A stretch of 64,000 bases of DNA from Eledone cirrhosa. Taxonomy: Eukaryota. The stretch is from positions 82,398,001 to 82,462,000 of the forward strand of contig OZ024746.1 of the NCBI GenBank assembly GCA_964016885.1, written 5' to 3'. Under the pieces are notes generated by a model. The model had not been told where the DNA came from and ran no database searches. It was given only the letters and a program-made list of their open reading frames with translations. The position numbers and the translations under genes were made by a program. How positions within the stretch are numbered: position 1 is the first letter of the stretch; each line of letters opens with the position of its first letter. Shown here one piece after another: positions 55,753 through 64,000 of this stretch.

Positions 55753-58700
55753 CAACATGGAATAATAATGCAAAGATAAACAATTTTATATGAATAAACA
55801 ACAAAAGTTTCTACACCTCGAAGATTGATACATCTGCCATTCTTTTTCTAAGAGTCGATTCAAATCTATTTTGTCTTTGTCTGACTCTGCAACATTTTCT
55901 TCAACATATGTCTTCAAAGTTCTAAAAGAAATAGAGCTTCAATTAAAACTAGTATCAACACTAAGAATGTGGATGGGATTCAATAAAAAGATATGAAGAT
56001 TAAGTTGTTATTATAACAGAAATAGCTGCTTGGCTTAGAAAAATAAAGATTTTTTTTCTTTCTAAAAGAAAATATTAGCAATCTTCACCAGGGCTCAGTT
56101 CTCATCCCTCTACTCTCTATTATAAGTTACTAGATCATAACAGGGAGTTGAGAGTGACTGTCCATAGAATTTCTTGTATGCTGGTGATACTTATAGCTGA
56201 ATCTATAGAACCTCAGGAAGGCCTAAAATTGAGAAGACTCAAAGAAAAACTAGCAAACACTAAAGTTTAATTAGCTAGAAAGAAGACAGGAGTACACTGC
56301 CATTTAGGAAATGTCTATACTCAATATACAGAAAAGGAGTAAGTAGGAATTCCATGTAGCATGCCCAATGTAAACTACAGTTTCAAAAGAAGTGTAGTGA
56401 GATCACAAACAAGCTAACAGAAAGAGAGAAGACTTCATATGTGGTAAATACACGAGTAGTTAGCAGTATGAGCACCCAGAAGACTCTTTAATAGTAGTTG
56501 ACATCTTTTCTTAGAAAGGTGACATTATTAACAATGGAGGTGAGTGCTGCAAAGGCAAAGTAGCCAACGTAAGAATGGAATAGAAAAGGTTCGGAGAAGT
56601 ATTCCCACTGCTGACAAAAACAAAAATTGTCTTTCCAAATAAAGGGTAGAATGTATGAAGCTTGAATACAAAGTGTGGTGTCACATGGTAGCACACATCC
56701 CCATTGGATATGGAGGACGTGCAAAGACTGGTAAATAATGAGGTGAGCATGCTTCGCTGGATGTGTAATATTAGTGAACATGAATGACAGAATAAATGTC
56801 AAGTGTATGGAGGATAGCAGTTAGGTAAAGAGGTACCATGGGATCCAAGCAGAATGAATGAGCAGAAGAGAAAGACCACAGCAGACACAGGAATAAGTTG
56901 TGAAAGCTGATGTGAGGAGGCTGAACCTGATGAAATAGATGACAAGTGATTGTAAACATGTGGTGAGACTCTGTGCTGGAGAAAACCCATGCAAGCATAG
57001 ATAAACAAACATAAAAGTGATGGAGATGATGATGATAATGATGGATGTTATAGCTAAATTTACATACATGTTGGTCAAATCCGAGTTTTTATTATATTCT
57101 TTTTTTATGCGTATCCAAATTTTCAAAGCTGCAGCCATCGCTGCATCAGTATTAATATATAAACAACTGATGACTGTTTTTAATGATCTTTCCCAGTCTC
57201 CACATCGTTTGTAGAATTCAGCAAGATACTCATAGGTCTTTATATAACTCTGAGAAAGAAAATAATTACAATATAGAGTCAGGGAAAAAAAGTTAAAGAC
57301 AGTCATTTTTCTTGAGAAAAATAAATCAAAAGCTAACCCACATAAATATAACAAAAGTGTAAACATTAAATGAATAACATTATACATGCATGGTCCCATA
57401 ACTCCTGAAGAAGTCGTAGGGGTGCTGTATTGACATACATTTCTAGGGTATTTTAAAACCTGGCAGAGCCATCTCCTCTCCAGGTCTGAATACAGCAGAT
57501 TTCTTCCAGAGAAGTATAGAAAGAGTGAGAGAAAAGAAATGAGAAAGAGATATAGAGGATTTGCATTATGTAAATATAGGGCTGCCATGCAAGGTCTTTC
57601 TTACCTGCTCAACATTCTCTCCATAGGTTTTCTGAATTCCCAACAAGTGAACTGACAGCTTGCAGAAGCCTACTCCAGCCTTATTATAATTATTTATATA
57701 ACAAAACCGACTAAAGTTTCTCAGCCACTGTCCTAGATAACAAGACAAAAAGAGATAATAACAAAAGTGTTTCATCTCTAAGCTACATTTCAATTTCTAT
57801 CAAACTGCTCCATCATAACATCCTTCCAACCAATTCTAGTGTACCACAAAGCTCAATTATATCTCACACACATTTCCTACCACAAAGCTCAGTTATATCT
57901 CACACACACTTCCTTCTGTACATGTGAAACCTTCTCACTACTACATCTAACCACCACACACAATCATCATCGTCATTCTCATTTAATGTCTATTTTCCCT
58001 GCTAGCAAGTGTTGGATGTGTCATCACAGACTGAGTCAGAACTCAAGATGGGCTGGGAGTTTGCATTTCACATTCCCACACTGTACTAAATGCTTCGGCG
58101 GGCTGGCTGGGAGCCCGCATCTCACATGTATTCCGAGCCCCACAAAGTGTATTTTAACATGGTACCAGTACAAGAGATACAATTGAAGAGAGCTCCTGGC
58201 CCTTTGTTTGGCAGGTTCTTATTAAATGATACCATGCTTCACTATTCATTAATCTGCCATACATAACCTAGATATGTCACACCAAATTTTCACTGTTGTT
58301 ATGAAAAGATTACTGAAGTAAAAACTCCAGAGTAACAATACTAGCATTTAAACCAACCATATCCGACCAGAGTTGTCTCACCCCTTTCTGTTCAAGCTGG
58401 CCATAACTGGCTGCTCATACTTATGTTAAAGTATTGTTCTCAAAATCTCATAGATTTGATATTATGTGAGATAAAGTTTTTACCATGAAAATACAATAGT
58501 AAATATTAACTCTAACAAAGAATATTTAAACTCTGCTTCAGTAATGAGTACTCATTCTCATATCTGTCAACATCACATGATATATATATGCCCACACTCG
58601 ACAAGCTTCATACAGTTTGACTACCAATTTTATTCACAAAGCATGGATCATCCTTTACATACTGCTTCCACTAACCATCAACAAACATGGATAGTTTCCT

Positions 58701-61700
58701 TTCAACTGATATCTAAGAGAAATATTAGTTTTCTTAGTAAATTTCTACCCAGTCATTTCCAATTCACTCACTGTTGGCTGAAGCCTCAGTAATTGTGCAA
58801 TCACATGCTCTAACAACTGACATTTCACAGCCTATTCTTAGTAAATATTTAGGATTATTTCCTAAAAAGCTAAATACTTACCTATAAAGTTAACATGCTT
58901 TTCTACCATCTTTTTTGTAACATCAGTCAAATTTGTTATATCAGATAAGTATGTTTTGGCTACTCTTTTAGCTTCACACAACCACTCTTCAGCATCCTCT
59001 AGAACAAAAATGAAGAAAATCACATCAATTTTGAGTTTGTTTTAATTTTGAAAAGAGAATTTTGCTTTGAAGGTGATTTCTAACATACACTGGATAGATT
59101 CGCTACCAAGCATTGCACAGCAGGAATGAAAATCAGTGTTGTAAAGACTGAGATATCTGTCCTCTCGAGAAAACCTGCGTAGTGCACTCAGCATGTGAGT
59201 GGAGTAACACTGAAGCAGGTGAAGTTTGAGTATTTTAGAACCATTTGTATGAGTGATGGAAAGCAGAATTAAATGCAGGATTTGCTGGAGCTGGCGCTAG
59301 CTTTGGCACTCAGTCATCAGAAGAAAGGTAAGTGTAAAAACTAAACTCGATGTCTTCATGAATCTTGGGTAATGACCAAAAAGAATATGATCGCGAATAC
59401 AAGCAATCAAAATGGGGTTCCCCTGAAGAGTCTTTGGAGTAACAGTACTTAGTCACTAATTCTCAGAATCGAGAAACCACAGGAGTTTTAAATGTTTAAA
59501 AAGAGAACCTAAGGGAAGGACAAGTCAGCTAAATTGACCCATGCCCCACTACTTAACTTCTACTTATTTCATTCACTCTAGAAGTATTTGAACTTATAAT
59601 GTAGAGGATCAAAAGTAAACACTGAAAAGCATTTAGTTCAATGCACTATCATTTCTGGTGCTCCACACTCCTAATAACTTGAATAGCAGTAACATTTTCC
59701 AAGTTTGAAATGTGTGCTTCCAAATGTAAATGTTCATATTAATAATCAACCTCAACAGATAATAGCTGAGGAAATCAGGTAAATGCTCCTGGAGATGGAA
59801 AAAATTGGGTAAATATATTCATTTACCTGATTTTCTTCACTTCCATCCAACACCAGGTAGGCCTCTGGCTTGTCAGTCCAGAAGACATCCCCCCACCTCA
59901 GATTGAGGCCTTCAGTGCGTTTTTGATAGCAAGTTTATTTTCCATCACCTGCTTGCTAGGACTTTCATGACTAATGCCACCGATGTCATCCAAGGGAAAA
60001 ATAAAGGCTGATACAGTTTGACACCAATGACATCGCAACTCATTTCTACAGCTGAGTGAACTGGAGCAACATGAAATAAAGTGTCTTGCTCAACGACACA
60101 ATGCATCGCCCAGTCCGGGAATTAAACTCATAACCTCACAATTGTAAATCCAACTCTCTGACCACACACCTGATTTTTTCAACTATTAGTTATAATGAAC
60201 AACTATTACACTGATAATTTACATTGGGATACACACATTTCAAATTTTCCTAATGTTTAACCCTTTAGCATTTAAACTGGCCAGAATTCTCTCACTTCTT
60301 TCTGTTCAAACTGGCTGCTCATACTGATGTTAAGGTATTGTGTCAAAATAAATAATATCAAAATCTCATAGATTCGATATTATGTGAGGTAAAACCTTTA
60401 CCATGAAAATATAATAGTAAATATAGAGTAATGTAAATTCTAAAGGGTTAAGTCAACCACTTTGATTAACCAATTTAATTTAAATTCTAAGAAATCTAAG
60501 AAATTGTTTTAAAAAATATAATTCTCAACTGTAATTTTTTTAATGAAAGTTAATATTGTCATGTAAACTCACCTGTTTTCATGAGGTTATACAAAACCTC
60601 CATATATACAACATATGTATTACGCATGAACACTGTATATTTTCCAGTCTGGTTTGTATTGTTATTCTCAGACATTCTGTGAAGTACAGAGACACTCATT
60701 TCCAGTAATTTTGCTATTGCTTGCAACATATTCTTTTCCAGTTGCCCAGTCTTAAAAGGTTCCCACTGAGAGAAGCCATCAATAAATATTCCATAAGCAT
60801 CAGTAATTAAATTAATTAAGTCTGTACTTAAGCTACTCTCAGTGGCTATAGTTCCAAGCTTGCTATTCACATTCTCAATGCAAATAAATAAGAAATTAAT
60901 ATCAGAGTTCTTTTTATCACTTTGTTCTAATAACAAAAGAGCATCACATAAACAAGTTAAACCTTTTAATATGTTATCTTTTTTCATGTAATTATGAAGA
61001 AATGATTGTGTTTTCTGAAAATTATCCTTAGAATTTTTGTACTGTTTACCATAAAAACAAATGAAGCGTGCATGATGTATGTGTAATTCTAAAACATCAG
61101 TTAAAAAATCTGTTGGAGTTTGCTCAGATTGCAATGATAACAGAACACACTTTAGAATACTGTCCCAAATTTCTGCACATTCTAGATTTATCTTATCCAT
61201 ATTGTTCCTGTTGTTTTGTCGACGATATCTTTCAAAAGTTTTGCCTATCTCCGAAACTAATAAAGAAATGTTCTGAGCATTCATAGTTAATAATTTCAAT
61301 GCTATATGCCGGAGTCTAAGCGTTAAGTGAAAATTTGTAAACTCTTCCTGCATTTCAAGCTTTATGGACAAATTTAATAAAAACGGAGATTTAATTAAAG
61401 TAGATACATCTTGGTCAGTAGATTTTAATTCAAGCAACTCAGTGTAGAAAAACTCTGAGAATTTTAAGACGTAGTCAACATAATCAACCTAAAACAGAAA
61501 AAATTATAGAAACATTTTAAATGATTTGTTACTTTTCAAAATCAGAAAAATTGAAAAAAATATAGACTAAAATCAATTCAAATAAAACTAGTTTAGAATA
61601 TAGAAACAAAAACATCAAGATAAAACACTATGAAAGATTTATAATCTTCTTCTTCACCCACTTATTCCTGGAAGGGTCCTGGGGTTAGAGTCATCAAGCA

Positions 61701-63470
61701 CGCTTTCCAGCAGGTCCAGTCAGAAGCAACCATCTCCAATTGATCCAGCTGGATTCCCAAGCGAGAGCAGCCAAGCTCATGGATGTTATCCAACCATCTA
61801 ACTCGATTCGTTCATTATTATTATTATTATTATGTGGATTGGCAGTATCGGTAGAGAGTCGGACACCATGCTTTGACGCATAGAGTTACGGCCCTTGCCA
61901 TTCTGAGTTCAAATCCCACCGAGGTTAACTTTGCCTTTCATCCTTACGGGGTCGATAAAATAAAGTACCAGTAATGTAATGGATAATTGCGGCCTTGTGC
62001 CTAAAATAGAAACAATTATTATTATCATCATGAATTCAAATCCCACTAAGGTTAGCTTTGCCTTTCATCCTTACGGTGTCGATAAAATAAAGCACCAGTA
62101 ACTACTGGATTCAATCGACTTTCCCTTCCCCTTCAAACTGCTAGCCTTGTGCCTAAAGTAGAAACAATTATTATTATTATTATTATTATCATATGTCCAT
62201 TTTCCAAGCTTGTATGGATCATCACATTCTAAATCAGTTCTTATTCTTATTTTTTTTTTTTTTTGCTTTCCTCAAGAGATCAGAGGATGTTTCACTCATA
62301 CATTTCATCTCACATGGTTTTTATAGCTGGCTTCCCATTCTAACTAAACTTGACATCTAACACTCCATATCTTAGTTTTCTTTCTCCACTGCCTTCTGTT
62401 GCTTCTCCTTTTCTTTCTGCTCTATTTCAATATATCATTGATATAACTCTAATTGTCTCCAGTGAATGTCCACCTTTCCTATTTAATATTTCCTCCTTTA
62501 ACTCATAAAATCCTGTAATGATTTAGTAGAAAATATCTAAAAATGGATTTGTTAATTCAAATGTTTATAGTGTCTTTACTAGTGGACACACCTTTGTGAA
62601 AATTTGCAGTAAACCTAAGTAAAGACTTTCCTTTTTAATGCTATGCTGTTTTGTACTTTTCAAGAACGTTTTGCTAAAAGTTTCACATGGTACAAGACAT
62701 TAAGAGTTAATATAAGCATGTCTCTCATCATTTATATATCATTTGAGTGAAATTAGGGGAAATATGCAGAATATATAAAACAAAAAAAAAGAGAAAAAGT
62801 CAAATTTTTCGGGGAGTTTTCTTAAAACTATCAAATTCTCTCTTAACTTGAGCTGGCTGAGAAGGGTATGCAAGACACTGTGTCAATCTATAATACTATA
62901 TAAATGGCCCCGCCTCATTAAATGGTTTCCCTATTTGCTTTTTATTACAGGCATTCAATTAATTTTTCAAGTTAGAACTTTCAAGTATGAATGTGATAAT
63001 ATGATTCTAGATGACAAACCCATGAACTATGTAGAGTATTTTATTACAACAATAAATATATTCCCTGATGAATAATTGTTACATGTTTAAATTACACATA
63101 ATGCAGCTGATACAATGGAACATACAACAACCCAGTTCTCTCTTTCTCTCTCACATACGCACTCACACTCTACAGCTGTCATTCACATATTATAAAGCAT
63201 AATATAATAAAATTAACCACTTACCACTCTTGTAATACATGCAAGAACTACATGGAATATTTTAGAGATAAAGCAGGGATCGGTGAGTTTGATATGTTCT
63301 TCAAGCTGTTTGAAGTAAGAGTAGCTCAGCTCCACAATAGACAACAACGTATGCTGAGGTCCATCGTTCTTGATACTAGTCACTGATGTACGAAGAACAG
63401 ACACAACAAAGTGACCATAATATTTCAAGGTGGAATCATCCGATGACTCTGATGACTGCAATAAATAATC
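28222..63470 (-). CDS. ESPL1: Separase (separin, peptidase C50), 5'-partial, 23 exons in the window totalling 7140 nt
   Basis: C-terminal protease motifs WW..R..L, LILDK..QHLPWE.MP, VTRMPS, YYVLNPD.NL, YCGHG (catalytic His), LMGCSS (catalytic Cys) and [11 protein letters not shown]. All 22 introns are GT-AG with consistent phases, and the summed exon length is divisible by 3. Confidence 0.95.
29984..30148 (-). CDS. ESPL1: Separase catalytic exon (YCGHG...LMGCSSG)
   Basis: His/Cys dyad motifs, tag/gtaagt boundaries. Confidence 0.95.
31145..31355. repeat. Degenerate (GT)n-linked minisatellite (ttgagcacatat core)
   Basis: Repeated gtgttgagcacat motifs. Confidence 0.75.
32086..32169 (-). CDS. 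ESPL1: Separase exon ([27 protein letters not shown])
   Basis: Phase 2/2, tttcag/gtaagt boundaries. Confidence 0.9.
33142..33356 (-). CDS. ESPL1: Separase exon ([11 protein letters not shown]...[10 protein letters not shown]...)
   Basis: LPWE, TRMPS and LNP motifs. Confidence 0.95.
33473..33930 (+). mobile_element. Three tandem SINE family 1 copies
   Basis: The same motifs repeated three times, each copy ending gtagaaacaattattattaac. Confidence 0.85.
34868..35248. repeat. About 140-bp unit x 2.7 tandem repeat of a retroelement-derived segment
   Basis: Repeated ggatgcccttcctatcac / gtgcatttatcgtgta / caacactagggagg. Confidence 0.75.
35379..35515. repeat. Inverted repeat with 64-bp arms, 9-nt loop and 4 mismatches, abutting (TA)n
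   Basis: 35379-35442 against the reverse complement of 35452-35515. Confidence 0.9.
35665..35847 (-). CDS. ESPL1: Separase exon (ILIDSG...HPVTLILDK)
   Basis: LILDK motif, phase 0/0. Confidence 0.9.
36218..36385 (-). CDS. ESPL1: Separase exon ([20 protein letters not shown]...ECIE)
   Basis: WL..WKG.LL motif, acceptor tttcttcccacag, donor gtctgt. Confidence 0.85.
36375..36696. repeat. Minisatellite, 36-bp unit x about 10, spanning a separase intron/exon boundary
   Basis: Unit ttaacaatatactgtgggaagaaattatatagtaca, with copies starting at 36375, 36411, 36432, 36468, 36504, 36540, 36573, 36609, 36641 and 36671. Confidence 0.92.
36941..37057 (-). CDS. ESPL1: Separase exon (GKMLSK...[14 protein letters not shown])
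   Basis: WW..R..L motif, phase 0/0. Confidence 0.9.
37670..37794 (-). CDS. ESPL1: Separase exon (LTVCQVSVI...YGTTK)
   Basis: Phase 1/0, gtcag/gtgagc boundaries. Confidence 0.85.
38769..39175. mobile_element. Two family-A MITEs head-to-head sharing one TTAA (38962-38965)
   Basis: ...atgctaaagga-TTAA-ccctttagcattc..., with internal sequences in mirror orientation. Confidence 0.85.
39242..39402 (-). CDS. ESPL1: Separase exon (RLLKDQSN...TEAIHP)
   Basis: Phase 2/1, tttag/gttagt boundaries. Confidence 0.8.
39641..39997. repeat. Tandem repeat, 88-90-bp unit x 4
   Basis: Units start at 39641, 39729, 39819 and 39907 (cctgctag.atgggttggacaggcacacaatcg...ctgtgtaa). Confidence 0.93.
41263..41470 (-). 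CDS. ESPL1: Separase exon (CENLQR...[11 protein letters not shown]...)
   Basis: ES..VTLRH motif, phase 1/2. Confidence 0.9.
41899..44456 (-). CDS. ESPL1: Separase giant exon, 2558 bp, largely low-complexity regulatory insert
   Basis: Open 857-aa ORF, acceptor ttcttttatag, donor gtgagt, phases 2/1 fit both neighbours. Confidence 0.9.
45043..45308 (+). mobile_element. Short 3' fragment of the CR1/L2 LINE
   Basis: AEAWNKLP plus 3'UTR and ATT tail. Confidence 0.85.
45691..46646 (+). mobile_element. 5'-truncated CR1/L2-type LINE, same family as 7095-8265
   Basis: Starts at LKYADD, closely similar to the 7095-8265 copy, has small frameshifts and an ATT tail. Confidence 0.92.
47106..47280 (-). 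CDS. ESPL1: Separase exon ([16 protein letters not shown]...[13 protein letters not shown]...LPR)
   Basis: Phase 1/2, tttcag/gtaagt boundaries. Confidence 0.88.
47874..48159 (-). CDS. ESPL1: Separase exon ([10 protein letters not shown]...CAPFADL)
   Basis: Open frame, phase 0/1. Confidence 0.8.
48512..48787 (-). CDS. ESPL1: Separase exon (PLHSLRVL...LLLKQKQ)
   Basis: Open frame, phase 0/0. Confidence 0.8.
48940..49266 (+). mobile_element. RTE-clade LINE 3' fragment
   Basis: [17 protein letters not shown]...RGRP.K.L followed by a (GAT)n tail. Confidence 0.75.
50154..50396 (-). CDS. ESPL1: Separase exon (CAKEFYSED...FTLALK)
   Basis: Open frame, phase 0/0. Confidence 0.8.
50992..51130 (-). 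CDS. ESPL1: Separase exon ([12 protein letters not shown]...EEFCRK)
   Basis: Open frame, phase 2/0. Confidence 0.75.
52008..52139 (-). CDS. ESPL1: Separase exon ([11 protein letters not shown]...KKDE)
   Basis: Phase 2/2, ttcag/gtaagt boundaries. Confidence 0.8.
52225..52461. repeat. Compound (TA)n/(CA)n/(GAT)n microsatellite around an RTE-type tail. Similar (TA)n tracts at 1455-1532 and 35520-35545
   Basis: Seen directly. Confidence 0.9.
52655..52895 (+). mobile_element. Degraded 3' fragment of the CR1/L2 LINE
   Basis: ggacatgctttcaaaatcagaaaacag... and a 3'UTR similar to the other copies. Confidence 0.7.
55388..55718. repeat. Near-perfect palindrome: 163-bp arms, 5-nt spacer (TCACC), 2 mismatches
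   Basis: 55388-55550 is the reverse complement of 55556-55718. Confidence 0.95.
55481..55552 (-). pseudogene. 72-nt tRNA-like sequence (pseudo-tRNA or SINE-type head), with a mirror copy on + at 55556-55625
   Basis: GATGTGT-TG-GTGTAAATGGTAGGAC-A-GTGGT-CCGTATA-ACCAA-AGAT-GTGGG-TTCGACT-CCCAT-GTACGTC-A. It has an A box, a B box and a cloverleaf with wobbles. The loop lacks U33 and purine 37. TTTTT follows about 9 nt downstream. Confidence 0.7.
55817..55921 (-). CDS. ESPL1: Separase exon (TLKTYVEEN...EWQMYQSS)
   Basis: Phase 2/2, strong acceptor, weak donor gtgtag. Confidence 0.75.
56080..57045 (+). mobile_element. Degraded RTE LINE (RT to 3' end). Similar fragments at about 2560-2790, 20390-20600, 22970-23520, 26160-26478, 30600-31600, 59090-59470 and 61640-61805
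   Basis: LHQGSVL.PLL remnant (cttcaccagggctcagttctcatccc), MLRWMC remnant and a (GAT)n tail. Boundaries are approximate. Confidence 0.6.
57068..57249 (-). CDS. ESPL1: Separase exon ([11 protein letters not shown]...WIRIKKE...)
   Basis: Phase 0/2, W.R.K motif. Confidence 0.8.
57392..57515. repeat. Unclassified dispersed repeat, with related copies at about 1358-1456, 16975-17095 and 21798-21898 (inverted)
   Basis: Shared ggtcccataactcctga...ctccaggtctgaa.acagcagatttctt. Confidence 0.55.
57605..57732 (-). CDS. ESPL1: Separase exon (QWLRNFSRF...ENVEQ)
   Basis: Phase 1/0. Confidence 0.75.
58882..58998 (-). CDS. ESPL1: Separase exon ([11 protein letters not shown]...HVNFI)
   Basis: Phase 1/1, ttctag/gtaagt boundaries. 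Confidence 0.75.
59835..60166 (-). mobile_element. tRNA-derived SINE family 2. Other copies at about 4545-4730, 5465-5725, 27000-27250, 34330-34475 and 37925-38190
   Basis: tRNA-like head followed by gtgtc.ttgagcaagacactttatttca.gttgctccagttcactcagctg. Flanks acctgattttt at 59825 and 60167 may be a target-site duplication. Confidence 0.75.
60573..61488 (-). CDS. ESPL1: Separase exon, 916 bp, N-terminal helical region
   Basis: Long ORF, phase 0/1, ttttag/gtgagt boundaries. Confidence 0.8.
63225..63470 (-). CDS. ESPL1: Separase exon (DYLLQSSES...LACITRV), the most 5' exon visible
   Basis: Open frame, phase 0/0, tttcag/gtaagt boundaries. Confidence 0.75.
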
Positions 63471-64000
63471 CTGAAAAACAAATTATATCACCATTATTAC
63501 ATTCAAAAGGTTAAAATAGTAAATTATAAATTTCAAGGCGTGGCTGATTGATTAAAAGATTTGATTTGCAACCACATGTTATTAGTTTTTTTTCCCTAAT
63601 GTGTGGTACCTTAGGCAAGTATCTTCAACCATAGTAGATAGGGTCCCAAAAGGGACCAATTTTGACCCCAAAACCTGATATTTCTATAAGAATTGAAAAT
63701 ACATAAAATACATTAAACTTGCTTAGAAAGATTTCTGATTTATATATATAAATTGTGATGACAGTGCAAACTTGGTCAATGATGACCAGACCAACCCATG
63801 CCAATATGGAGGAATGGACATTAAATGGGGATGATGATGATAGCTTTTATTGTCTATTTATTATTCTATGTACTGATTTATTTTCTTATATACCTACGTG
63901 TTGATGATTTAAAAGGTTTAGAAAGCCCTGTACAAAATGTACATTAATCGATGATGATATATATATAAATATATAAACACGTGATATATTATGACGGTTG

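Noticed and set aside
56821-57588. 255-aa ORF as a separate gene
   Set aside because: Only 57068-57249 is a real separase exon. The rest is intron and antisense RTE sequence.
59768-59838. Inverted repeat of about 18 bp (gaaatcaggtaaatg / catttacctgattt)
   Set aside because: Short, widely spaced and next to a SINE junction, with no evidence of function.

Overview
AT-rich, intron-containing eukaryotic DNA. The dense SINE, MITE and (TA)n/(CAT)n/(ATT)n content looks like an octopod cephalopod, which is an inference. Two convergent genes were reconstructed by hand with phase-consistent GT-AG junctions. On + are the last 7 coding exons of an aldose 1-epimerase-family gene (putative glucose-6-phosphate 1-epimerase), 4194-22312, with its 5' exons outside the window. 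On - are 23 coding exons of separase (ESPL1), 63470-28222, giving 7140 nt (about 2379 aa) and including one 2558-bp exon, with the 5' end outside the window. Introns hold CR1/L2 and RTE LINE fragments, two tRNA-derived SINE families, two TTAA-flanked piggyBac-like MITE families, a hAT MITE, mariner/pogo remnants and minisatellites. The most unusual items are: (1) a 36-bp minisatellite that is a roughly 10x amplification of a separase 3' splice site; (2) a near-perfect palindrome with 163-bp arms, built from two head-to-head tRNA-like genes in a (TA)n tract; (3) further (TA)n-associated hairpins with degenerate hammerhead-like motifs, possibly Penelope-like remnants; (4) three long foldbacks lying 66-150 nt downstream of separase splice donors. 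All coordinates were read manually and no database search was run.
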